A stretch of 64,000 nt of DNA from Thermoplasmata archaeon (lineage in GTDB: Archaea > Thermoplasmatota > Thermoplasmata > Lutacidiplasmatales > UBA184): NCBI GenBank assembly GCA_028864975.1, contig JAGWLG010000016.1:1-64000 (forward strand), given 5' to 3'. This document shows, one piece after another, positions 27,568 through 36,656 of the stretch. The translations under genes and the position numbers were made by a program. The notes under the pieces were generated by a model that was not told the origin of the DNA, did no database searches, and saw only the letters and a list, made by a program, of their open reading frames with translations. Numbering within the stretch: position 1 is the stretch's first letter; every line of letters begins with the position of its first letter.

Positions 27568-28578
27568 ATGCGCCACACGGCCCTCGTACGGGAGCTGTTG
27601 AGGTCGGGGGAACCCTCCATTCGATGGCGAACGCTCGTTCGCGTGCTCGGGGAGTCGCCTCGAACCCCTCGGGTCCGGGCCCTCGAGCGGGCCGTTCGGG
27701 CTTCCGCGCGCGTCCGAGCCCTGCTCTCCCACGCTTGGGCCCCGTACCGAGAGAACACGGCCCGTAGCGTCTACTACAAGTGGCAGGGGGTCCAGTGGGC
27801 CCTGGCCTCCCTCGCGGACGTCGGCCATCCTCGGGGAGACCGCAACCTCGGGGAGCTCCGGGACCGCATGCAAGGGCTCTGGACCCGTCCGTCCTTTCGA
27901 CGTACCTACACGACGCGGACGAAGCTCGGCGGGTATGGCCGGCCCGCGGTGCCGGTGGTCCGAGGCCGTGCCCGACGGTGCGCCTCCCAGCAAGGCAACG
28001 CGCTGCTTTCGATCTGCCGGCTCGGACTCTGCGATGACGGGACGAAGGAGCTCGCCTCCTTGCTGGTCGGATGGCAATGGCCCGACGGAGGGTGGAACTG
28101 CGACCGCGACCCGGGGGCCGACACGTCCTCGTTCATGGAGACACTGACCCCCATGCGAGGGCTCGCCGCTTTCGCGAAGGAGACCGGGGACATTCGCGCT
28201 AAGCAGGCCGCGCGACGAGCGGCAGAGGTCTTCCTCGAGAGGAGGCTCTTCCGTCGGCGATCGGACGGACGCATCATTCGACCCGAGTTCTGTCTCCTCC
28301 ACTATCCCCTTTACTACCACTATGACCTCCTCGGCGGGCTCAAAGGCCTGGCGGAGCTCGGGCTCCTCTCGGACCCGCGGTGTCGCGAGGCCCTGGACCT
28401 TCTCGAGAGCAAGGAGCTGCCGACGGGTGGGTGGCCGGCCGAGGCCCGCTACTACCGCGTCTCGGAGGTCTTCCGGCCGGGCAGCGAGTTCGTCGACTGG
28501 GGCCCCGTGTCGGGGTCGAAGATGAACGAGTGGGTCACGACGGATGCGCTCTACGTCCTTCGAGAGGCAGGGCGCTAA
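27568..28578 (+). CDS. Prenyltransferase/squalene-cyclase-repeat (alpha/alpha barrel) protein of unknown function
   Basis: QW-like motif WQWPDGGWNC and GGW repeat, YPLYYHYDLL; no DxDD. ATG 27568 within ORF 27343..28578. Confidence 0.72.
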   Translation: MRHTALVRELLRSGEPSIRWRTLVRVLGESPRTPRVRALERAVRASARVRALLSHAWAPYRENTARSVYYKWQGVQWALASLADVGHPRGDRNLGELRDRMQGLWTRPSFRRTYTTRTKLGGYGRPAVPVVRGRARRCASQQGNALLSICRLGLCDDGTKELASLLVGWQWPDGGWNCDRDPGADTSSFMETLTPMRGLAAFAKETGDIRAKQAARRAAEVFLERRLFRRRSDGRIIRPEFCLLHYPLYYHYDLLGGLKGLAELGLLSDPRCREALDLLESKELPTGGWPAEARYYRVSEVFRPGSEFVDWGPVSGSKMNEWVTTDALYVLREAGR

Positions 28579-28686
28579 CCTCCCTCCTCGACCTGGCCAC
28601 GCTGATTCGTGGGCCCTCGCGCGCGTCCACGACCAGCGCGGAGTTTCCGGACGCAATCTCCTTGAGCGCACCGAATTGGCAGGAAC

Positions 28687-29616
28687 GTGCCCGTGCCCTC
28701 CTCCGGACGCGCGACCAAGGCTCGGAAGTCGGACGTCGGGATCGTCAGCGCACTTCCCGAGCTGCGCCGTGTCTCCCCGGACGAGCGGGAACTGCAGGGT
28801 GCTCTGGAGACGCGAGGGCTTGTTGCCCGTCGTGTTGCATGGGACGCCACGAAGGTCGACTGGTCAAACTTTCGGCTCCTTGTCGTCCGCTCCACGTGGA
28901 ACTACGTCCAACAGCGTGAGCGGTTCCTGCGCTGGGCGGAGAGGGCCCACCATGTGTCCGCCCTCTGGAACCCTTTGCGAACTCTTCGCTGGAACACCGA
29001 GAAGACCTACTTGCAGGACCTCGAACGGGCAGGGGTTGCGGTCATCCCTACACGTTGGGTCCGGGCGGACGAAGCCCTCGACCTCGCTTCGATCCGTCGG
29101 GCGACCCGTTGGGGCCGGCTGGTGGTGAAGCCGACGGTGTCGGCAGGGGGATGGAGGACCTACCTCGTGGGGAGCGGCGATGAGGCACGCATCGAGCGTA
29201 GGGTCCTTCGCTCAAGACCTAGGGTGGACCTCATGGTCCAGCCCTACCTGCGCTCGGTCGAGACCGTAGGGGAGATCGCTCTGATCTTCCTCGACGGCAA
29301 GTTCTCTCACGCGATCCGCAAGGAGCCGTTCTTGTCGGCCTCGAGGGTCTCGTTCGTCCCGCCGCGAGCCTACCCGAACGGCCGACAGAAGGCGCTGGGC
29401 CGGGCCGTGCTGAGAGCCGCGCCCGATAGGACGCTCTACGCCCGCGTCGACCTTCTGCGTGATGACGACGGCCGGTGGTGCGTCGGCGAGGCCGAGCTCA
29501 CCGAACCCTACCTCTATCTCACGACGAGACCTGGTGCGGTCGAGGCGCTCGCCGCGGCGATCGAGCGCCGTCTCGATAGCGCAGTCAAGGAGAACACGAC
29601 CAAACCGTCGACATAG
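28687..29616 (+). CDS. RimK/glutathione synthetase-like ATP-grasp ligase
   Basis: WD...VDW..F.L.VVRSTWNY, WNTEKTYL, VVKPTVSAGG, MVQPYL, GEIALIF, YARVD, EAELTEP. Confidence 0.82.
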   Translation: MPVPSSGRATKARKSDVGIVSALPELRRVSPDERELQGALETRGLVARRVAWDATKVDWSNFRLLVVRSTWNYVQQRERFLRWAERAHHVSALWNPLRTLRWNTEKTYLQDLERAGVAVIPTRWVRADEALDLASIRRATRWGRLVVKPTVSAGGWRTYLVGSGDEARIERRVLRSRPRVDLMVQPYLRSVETVGEIALIFLDGKFSHAIRKEPFLSASRVSFVPPRAYPNGRQKALGRAVLRAAPDRTLYARVDLLRDDDGRWCVGEAELTEPYLYLTTRPGAVEALAAAIERRLDSAVKENTTKPST

Positions 29617-29698
29617 GGTCGGTGAAGGAAAGATTAACGGAGGACCGAGATACCGTCACGCCCCAGGCACGCCGACGGGTGGGCTAGGGTCCAAACCG

Positions 29699-30985
29699 AT
29701 GTGCGACGAATGCTCCTCCGAATCCGAGTGTCGACACCCGACCTGTGCTTCCCAGGGGAACTCTTGCGCGTGCCGACTCCAGGGTCCCACGAAGTGCCCG
29801 ACCTGCGGGCATGAATGTACCCCGTGGTGGTGGGGCATGGGGGTTGCCGAGGGCCCCGACTGGGTCCGGGACTTCCTGGGAGGAGTCGGGACGGAGAGCC
29901 CCGGGTTCGAGGAGTACCCCGCGACGAAGGCCCAGATCCTGGCTGCGTGGTCCTCGCGCATGCAGGATATCCTGTCGGACGGGGAAGCGACCCTGGACGA
30001 CCCGCAGTGGCTCTCCACGCACCTGCCGGAGGGGACGTTCCAGGACCCGGGGGAGGTCTTCCTCGCGCTCTGCCCAGTGATCACCGGTCCCGCACTGGAC
30101 GGTACTCGATGGGTGGGGAGCTCGCCGGTCGCGGCCCTGGCCAACGGGCAGCGTCTCGTGGTCCCCTCCGGACAGGTCGCGTTCCTCGTAGGCCCCGGTG
30201 GGCGGGTGCTCGACGCGTTGTCGCCGGGAGAGCATGTCATTTCTCCCTCCACCGTGCCGCAAGCCGCCTCGGCGTCCCGTCCGCCTGCACCCGGGACCCG
30301 ACGCTGCTCCTTCCATGCGTCCCCCCTGTTCTGTTACGCGGGGGACCTTGTCGGCGAGGTTCAGCACGCGACGCGTCCCCCGCCCGTACCCCCTGCGATG
30401 TTCCACGCCACCGTCCACTTCAGCTTGAGCGACCCCGCCAAGGTCGCCCGTTCCCCGGCGGCGAAGGAGCTCCAGAACTCGAGCCCGACCCCCGCTCGCA
30501 TGCTGTCGGCCGTTCTCGGTCCCCTGCTCGAAGGGCTCGACGCGTCGACCGTCAGCAACCACGCCAAGGTGGAGGCGTTGATACGCTCTGGACTCGATGG
30601 GGCAGGGCTCGGCGTGCGCTCCCTGACGTTCGCACCCCTTGGACCGTACGGGATGCCTGCGCAGGCCGTCCTGGGGAGACCGCCGGGGATGTCGGCGGGA
30701 CCCTCCGGGGGCATGCCTGCCGGCATTCCCCCCGAGGTGCTGGCCCGAATGCCCCCGCAGGCCCGCGCGATGATGGAAGAGAGGATGAGGGCGGCCATGG
30801 CCGCCCGGGCGGCGTCCGATGTTGGAGGAGCCCGCGGGGCGTCCGCTTCGCGACCTGGCCCCGGCTCGATGTACCCGGGAGCTCTGCCGGCAGGGCTCGT
30901 CGCCTGCCCGAGCTGCCAAGCTCCGAACCCGGTGACGATGACCGCCTGCCGCGCGTGCGGGAGACCTCTCGGCCCGACCCACTGA
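29699..30985 (+). CDS. Multidomain protein: Cys-rich N-terminus + DUF2795-like + SPFH-like + C-terminal zinc ribbon
   Basis: 9 Cys in first ~40 aa; YPATKAQIL...LPEGTFQDPGEV; GQRLVVPSGQVAFLV..G...D...PG.H; CPSC..N.....CRACG. ATG 29699 within ORF 29459..30985. Confidence 0.7.
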   Translation: MCDECSSESECRHPTCASQGNSCACRLQGPTKCPTCGHECTPWWWGMGVAEGPDWVRDFLGGVGTESPGFEEYPATKAQILAAWSSRMQDILSDGEATLDDPQWLSTHLPEGTFQDPGEVFLALCPVITGPALDGTRWVGSSPVAALANGQRLVVPSGQVAFLVGPGGRVLDALSPGEHVISPSTVPQAASASRPPAPGTRRCSFHASPLFCYAGDLVGEVQHATRPPPVPPAMFHATVHFSLSDPAKVARSPAAKELQNSSPTPARMLSAVLGPLLEGLDASTVSNHAKVEALIRSGLDGAGLGVRSLTFAPLGPYGMPAQAVLGRPPGMSAGPSGGMPAGIPPEVLARMPPQARAMMEERMRAAMAARAASDVGGARGASASRPGPGSMYPGALPAGLVACPSCQAPNPVTMTACRACGRPLGPTH

Positions 30986-31056
30986 CCTGGCCGCCCGCTC
31001 GGCCATCTCAGGGCCTTGGTGCCGGGTTCGGGCCCACCGCGCTAGGGGGCTCCCCG

Positions 31057-32790
31057 TCAGGGCCGGTAAGGGGGCGGAGGAGGGGGAGGGGCCGGTGGAC
31101 CAGGAGGGAACGGGGGAGGAGCGACCGCGGGGGAAGGCGGAGGGGGCGCAAGCGACGGTGGCGGTGTCATGGGGCTGGAAGTAGATGGAGGCAAGGCCGA
31201 GGTCGCCGGGGGTGGGGCGTGGCGGGCCCTGACCCGCCAGAGAAGGAGCACGACGACCAGGGCCACGACCACGATGGCCACGCCCGCCAGGATGTAGACC
31301 CCAGCGCTCCCGAGCCCGGCGATGCCGCCCGTGACCGTGAGCGAGGTGCTTGCAGTGGCGCTCTGCCCTTTCGAGTCGGTCGCATAGACGGTGATCGAGT
31401 ACGCCCCCGCGGTCGAGGGGGTGCAGCTCAGGCTCGCGGTGTTCGACGAGGTGCACCCGGGCGGGAGCCCTGTGTAGGAGTAACTGAGGGCTCCAGAACC
31501 TCCGGAGGCCGAGACCGATAGGGTCGTGGTCCCACCCACGCTCACGGTGGCCGGGCTCGCGCCGAAGGAGGCGATGACCGGTCCGTTGCCCAAGCTCCCG
31601 TTCGGAGAGAGGATCGACAGGGTCCCATACTCCTGGTTCCCGACGTACACCGCCCCCGTACCCGCATCGTATCGCACGGCGTTCGGCTCGGTCCCGACCG
31701 GGGGGGTGGCCACGACCGCGTTCGTCGCGTCCGAGATGACGCTCACGTCGTTCCCGACCCAGTTCGCCACGATGACCTCGCTCGTGGCCGCGTCGAAGCC
31801 GAGGGCCATCGGGCTGACACCCACGGCGACCGAGGTCATGACCCGGTTGGTCGTGTCGGAGATCACGGTCACGTTGTTGGAGATGTCCTCCGCGACGAAG
31901 ACCTCGCCCTTCCCCGGGTCGTAGGCCACCTCTTGGGGAGCGTTGGGCCCCACCGAGATGGTCGACACCAGCGCGTTCGTGGCGTCCGAGACCACGCTCA
32001 CGCTGCCCGCCGAACAGGGAGGGGTCTGACAGCTCGAGCCCGAAACGAAGAGCTCGCTCTTCCCCGAGTCATACGCGAGCCCCTGCACGTACGTTCCCAC
32101 ATCGACGGTGGCTGTGACCGTGTTCGTGGCGTCCGAGATCACGCTCACGTTGTAGGTGGCCTGCTGCAGCACGAACACCTCCCCCTTCCCCGGGTCGTAC
32201 GCAAGAAAGCCGGGCGGGTTCCCGATCGGGATCGACCTCACGACCGAACCGGTCGCAGCGTTCACCACCATGACATTGAGGCCGACCCCCACGAAGTACT
32301 CCCCCTTGGCCGTGTCGAAGGCGACCCCGCTCGCGCTACGTCCGAGCGAGACCGTCGAGGTCACGTGGTTGGTCGTGTCGGAGACGACGCTCATCAGACC
32401 GGAGCCGTTCTCGTCCGCCTCGAAGATGTCGCCCTGGGCCGGGTCGTAGGCGAGGTCGTCCGGAACCGCGGTGCACCCCGAGGGGATCCAGTTGCCCGGC
32501 TTCAGCGTGTTGTTGCAAAGGTCGAGGGTGTCGACCACGCCCCACGAGTTGGCGCGGGGTCGAAGGGCGTCGCTGGTCGATGCCGCGTGCGAACGCACGA
32601 TCGTTCCGCCCGAAAGGGGGGTCGAGCCCAACACGACCCATCCTGCGCTAAGCGCGACGAAAGTCAGGAAGAGGACCACGCCCTGTCGAAGGACAGTGCA
32701 GGACCGGCCCTCACGAACTCGTCCTGTCGAGGTCCGGCCGGGAAGGTTCGTCGCATGGAGGGCTTGTGAGGTGCTGGTGTGTTCCATCAT
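31057..32790 (-). CDS. Surface protein: YVTN/YncE propeller + GLPxGC domain + TM + Pro-rich tail
   Basis: Repeated P..LAYD.GKGEVFV.....NVSVISD.TN.V...V.VG; YTGLPPGC...C; TM; tail ends PPPPPPPYRP. Confidence 0.88.
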   Translation of the reverse strand: MMEHTSTSQALHATNLPGRTSTGRVREGRSCTVLRQGVVLFLTFVALSAGWVVLGSTPLSGGTIVRSHAASTSDALRPRANSWGVVDTLDLCNNTLKPGNWIPSGCTAVPDDLAYDPAQGDIFEADENGSGLMSVVSDTTNHVTSTVSLGRSASGVAFDTAKGEYFVGVGLNVMVVNAATGSVVRSIPIGNPPGFLAYDPGKGEVFVLQQATYNVSVISDATNTVTATVDVGTYVQGLAYDSGKSELFVSGSSCQTPPCSAGSVSVVSDATNALVSTISVGPNAPQEVAYDPGKGEVFVAEDISNNVTVISDTTNRVMTSVAVGVSPMALGFDAATSEVIVANWVGNDVSVISDATNAVVATPPVGTEPNAVRYDAGTGAVYVGNQEYGTLSILSPNGSLGNGPVIASFGASPATVSVGGTTTLSVSASGGSGALSYSYTGLPPGCTSSNTASLSCTPSTAGAYSITVYATDSKGQSATASTSLTVTGGIAGLGSAGVYILAGVAIVVVALVVVLLLWRVRARHAPPPATSALPPSTSSPMTPPPSLAPPPPSPAVAPPPFPPGPPAPPPPPPPYRP

Positions 32791-35700
32791 GGTCCGGGGA
32801 GAGGGGGAGGCGGCGGGGCTGGAGGGTTCTCCGTCGGCAGAGGGGGAGGGCTCGCGCCGGGTCCGGGAGATGGTGCACTCGGAGCGGGAGGGGTCTTGGG
32901 TGCAGTTCCCGAGTCCGGCGTCCCCGCGGCGGGGGCATCGTCCGTCTTCCCCGGGGCCGTCTCACCGGCGGGAGATGCGGGCGCGGAGCCTTGGGACGAG
33001 GTAGAGGAACGGGGGCGTCGGGGTCGGCGGAGTCCGAGTACGACCAAGACCGCGCCCAAGACGATCGCGCCCCCGAGCACTAGGAGGATCCACAAGGTCG
33101 GCCCTTGGAACAGCGTTGAAGCTGTGGAGGAAGCCGAGGACACCACGAGGGACGTCGCGACGGTGACCGAGGAGCCCGCGCTGTCCGAGACCGCGGCGGA
33201 GATCGAGAACGTTCCACTCGCGCTGGGGGCACACGAGACGTTGGCCCCGCTGGAAGGACAGCCGGAGGGTAGACCTGTCCAGACCACCGAGTAGGGGGCG
33301 AGCCCTCCGGAGACCTCCACCTTCCAGTCGACCGACCCGCCCGTGGCCGTCGAGGTCGGGGTCTCGACAAGGTAGGCATGGAGAGGGGCGGGCCCCACCG
33401 AGACCGACACGTTGGCTCCGGTCGAGTCGCCTTGGGAGTCGTTCGCCCAGACCTGGGCCGTGTAGCGACCGGAGGCGGCGTAGGTGTGCTGCGCGCTCGC
33501 GCCCACCCCGTGGGTCCCGTCTCCGAAGCTCCAGGCGAAGACGACCGGAGGCGCCCCTCCTTGGGCCGTCGCCTGGAAGGTCGTGGAGAAGGGAGCCGCC
33601 CCGGTGCTGGGCGTCGCTTGCGCGCTGACCGAGAGCGCCGCAGGGGCCGTCAGCACGCTCAGGGCGAGCGAGGCCGACTTGGCGACGATGCCGTTCGCGT
33701 CCGTGACGGTCACGTTGATCGCGAAGTTCCCCGGGGCGTTCGGGGTGCAGACGAGCAAAAGCGTGGAGGCGGATGGGCATCCTGGAGGGAGCCCCTTCCA
33801 CACTTCCACCAACGGAGAGGTCCCACCCTCGACGACCTGGGTGAGGGTCAGAGTGGAACCCATGACGGCGGGGTCCGGGCTGGCGACCGGGACCGCCAGC
33901 GTGGGTGCAGGGCCCACGACCACGGTGATCGGGGAGGTCGAAAGCGAGACCCCGTTCGAGTCCGTGACGTTGAGCGAGATGCTGTAGGTCCCTGGCGATG
34001 GGAAGTGGCAGGTCAGCACCTCGTCCGAGCCGCTGCAGACCCCCGCGCCCACGCCCCTCCAGAGGTCGGTGTAGGTCCCGGTGCCGCCCGAGGCGTTCGT
34101 CCACAGCGTGAACGATTGTTCGACGTCGACCTGGGTACGGTCCGCTCGAAGGGTCGGTCCGAGCACGAGCGCGGGGTCGACGGTCAGGGCCACGATCCCT
34201 CCGGCGAGCTCGGGGACCCCCCCGCTGGTGTTCGCCTCGTTGAAGATGGTGTAATTCCCCGCCGCCGTCGGAACGCAGGAGATCTTCGTTCCCATGAGGC
34301 CCGTGCAACCCGCCGGGAGGTTCTCCCAGGACTCGAGGACGGCTCCCGCGCCGCCCCCGCTGACCGAGGCGGAGAGCTGGACCGATTGCTGTGTCGCGTC
34401 CACGCTGGTCCGGTTGGCGATCGCTGGACCGGAGACGTTGAGGACCGGAACGGAGATGTTGAGGGCCGGTGCGAAGCACCAGGTGTCCTGGTAGGCGGTC
34501 GAGCCTCCAATGCCGCCGTAGAGGAGCGCGTACCCGTCGGACGGGCTCGCGTCATAGGTCATGGCCGCGAGGTACCGGGCCATAGGATAGGGTGCCGTGT
34601 TCTGTACGCTCCAGGCGCCGCCCGCGAGGTAGAACGCCTGGCCGGTCTGACCCCCCACGAGGAGTGTCTTGTTGTCCCGGGGGTCGAAGGTCATCGACGG
34701 ATAGGCGATGACGACGCCCGTACAGCTCGGCTGGCACACCGCGGTCCAAGTGTCGTTGGAGAGGTCGAAGCGCCACGTGTCGTCCAGGGCGGTCGAGACG
34801 CCCCGCCCACCGTAGACGATCGCCCCGTGCTCGTTGCGGTCCCAGGTCGAGGCCGCGGCGGCCCGGGCCGGAGGGGAGGTGGCTGGGGTTTCCTGCGTCC
34901 AGGTCCCGTGCAGGAACGTCCAGGTCCCGGCGGTCGGATTCCCTGAGAGGTCGTTGCCGCCGAAGAGGACCAGAGGCCCTCCGGGGAAGGAGGGGGCGAG
35001 CGAAGGGAAGAAGAGCGCCGGGGGCGAGGTCGAGGGGGTGATGTTCGTCCAGGCCCCTCCTTGGAACGCCCAGGTGTCGGAAGCGAGGTGGCCGGTGAGA
35101 AGGTCCACTCCTCCGTACAGGATGGCCTCCCCGTCGGCCGCATCGTAGGCCATCGTGGACCCGAAGCGAGAGGGCGGAGAGTTCGATGCCGAGACGATGG
35201 ACGGGGTGATGTTCGTCCAGGTCCCGTCCCGGTAGGTCCAGGTGGTCGGGAACAGGTCGTTCGTACCCGGAGTGAAGGCCACAACGTAGCCATCGGCGGC
35301 GTCGTCAGCCATCACCGTGAGGTCCGGGGTGGGGGGCAGGGACCCGGGGGGACCGAACTGGATCGACCAGGTGCCCGTCTTCCACGCCCAGAGGTTCGGG
35401 ATCGGGCCCAACGTGAAGTTCAACTCGCCCCACAGGAGCGTCTCCCCGGAGGGGTCCGCGGCGGCGGAGAGGAAGGAGCCGCCATACGGTAGTGGCGTCA
35501 GGGGGGACCAGGACGTGGTCGGGACCGGGGGCGTGAACACCCACATGTCCGAGTACTCTCCGCCGTTCGGAGCGAGCCCGCCCATGAGGGTGTCAGGTCC
35601 GGGGTTCCCCGCGATGGCGGCGAAGGCCCGGGCCCCTGGCGAAGGGACCTCCAGGTAGGTCAGGTTGTACCACCCCGTCGCGTTGAACATCCACGTGGCA

Positions 35701-36656
35701 TTGGTGAAGGACGGGCCGAAGTCGCCGCCGAAGAGCACGTCGTCGGACCCGGGAAAGTCAAAGCCCAGCGTGGCCCCGAAGAGCGGCCCAGGGGTGACTG
35801 GGCCACAGGAGCCCTGTAAGCAGAGCTGCGTCCAGCCCGTGGCGAGACTGAAGGACCAGGTGTCGCCCATCACGGTCCAGGCCCCCGCCTCGACCTCGAG
35901 GCCCCCGTACAGGATGACCCCACTCCCAAAGGATGTGGCGAGCGAGGACCACTCCCGCGGGGCCGGAGTGTTGTAGGGAGTGATGGACAGGGGGGTCAGG
36001 TTCTCCCACGCCCCCGCGGCGCTGAGACCCCAGGTGTCCCCCAGGACGTACCCTCCGGCCGAGACCCCTCCGAAGAGGACCATCAGGTGGTCGGCGGGGT
36101 CGTAGGCCATCACGGCAGAGTAGCGCGGGACCGGCGCGGTCGGGGAAGGAAGCACGGCCCAGGCCTGGGTGGTGGCGTCGTAGGTCCAGGTATCACCCTC
36201 CACCCCTCCGTTATCGGTGTACCCGCCGAAGATGACGGTCGCGCTAAGGTCCGGGTCGTAGGCCATGCTCGCCGCGAACCGGGTCGCCGGCGCCCCGACG
36301 AGCCCCCAGGTGCCGGAGACGGCCGTCGAGGAGGGCCTGGAAGAGAGCGAAGAGGAGAAGGATGAGGCGGTCGGAGGGAACGCCATCGATGCGGGCCAGC
36401 CGGGGGGGCGCACCATCCCGGAGGTCCCCTGCGCGGGCGGTCGGACGACCTTGGAGAGCGCGGCAGAGACTGGGCTTCCCGGAACGGGAAGGTTCTCCCC
36501 TGGGGCGAGAGCCCTCGGGGAGAAGTGGCCGGGCTCCCTTGGGAGGGCTACGGCCGCAAATGCGTGACCGGCCGGGGTCGCGCCAGGCAGAAGGAGCAGC
36601 GACAGGACGCCGAGTACAAGGAGCAGCGCGGGTCGTGCAGCGCGCATGCCGCTCAT
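32787..36656 (-). CDS. Surface protein: ~12 Kelch-like repeats + 4 GLPxGC-type domains + PKD + TM + Pro-rich tail
   Basis: MAYD...LFGG...DTW repeats; WSFGDG PKD; TM then RRPRRPR; ATGA overlaps with both neighbours. Confidence 0.88.
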   Translation of the reverse strand: MSGMRAARPALLLVLGVLSLLLLPGATPAGHAFAAVALPREPGHFSPRALAPGENLPVPGSPVSAALSKVVRPPAQGTSGMVRPPGWPASMAFPPTASSFSSSLSSRPSSTAVSGTWGLVGAPATRFAASMAYDPDLSATVIFGGYTDNGGVEGDTWTYDATTQAWAVLPSPTAPVPRYSAVMAYDPADHLMVLFGGVSAGGYVLGDTWGLSAAGAWENLTPLSITPYNTPAPREWSSLATSFGSGVILYGGLEVEAGAWTVMGDTWSFSLATGWTQLCLQGSCGPVTPGPLFGATLGFDFPGSDDVLFGGDFGPSFTNATWMFNATGWYNLTYLEVPSPGARAFAAIAGNPGPDTLMGGLAPNGGEYSDMWVFTPPVPTTSWSPLTPLPYGGSFLSAAADPSGETLLWGELNFTLGPIPNLWAWKTGTWSIQFGPPGSLPPTPDLTVMADDAADGYVVAFTPGTNDLFPTTWTYRDGTWTNITPSIVSASNSPPSRFGSTMAYDAADGEAILYGGVDLLTGHLASDTWAFQGGAWTNITPSTSPPALFFPSLAPSFPGGPLVLFGGNDLSGNPTAGTWTFLHGTWTQETPATSPPARAAAASTWDRNEHGAIVYGGRGVSTALDDTWRFDLSNDTWTAVCQPSCTGVVIAYPSMTFDPRDNKTLLVGGQTGQAFYLAGGAWSVQNTAPYPMARYLAAMTYDASPSDGYALLYGGIGGSTAYQDTWCFAPALNISVPVLNVSGPAIANRTSVDATQQSVQLSASVSGGGAGAVLESWENLPAGCTGLMGTKISCVPTAAGNYTIFNEANTSGGVPELAGGIVALTVDPALVLGPTLRADRTQVDVEQSFTLWTNASGGTGTYTDLWRGVGAGVCSGSDEVLTCHFPSPGTYSISLNVTDSNGVSLSTSPITVVVGPAPTLAVPVASPDPAVMGSTLTLTQVVEGGTSPLVEVWKGLPPGCPSASTLLLVCTPNAPGNFAINVTVTDANGIVAKSASLALSVLTAPAALSVSAQATPSTGAAPFSTTFQATAQGGAPPVVFAWSFGDGTHGVGASAQHTYAASGRYTAQVWANDSQGDSTGANVSVSVGPAPLHAYLVETPTSTATGGSVDWKVEVSGGLAPYSVVWTGLPSGCPSSGANVSCAPSASGTFSISAAVSDSAGSSVTVATSLVVSSASSTASTLFQGPTLWILLVLGGAIVLGAVLVVLGLRRPRRPRSSTSSQGSAPASPAGETAPGKTDDAPAAGTPDSGTAPKTPPAPSAPSPGPGASPPPLPTENPPAPPPPPLPGP

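Noticed and set aside
27568-28578. Squalene-hopene cyclase call
   Set aside because: Only ~336 aa and lacks the DxDD motif; only QW-like repeats are shared.
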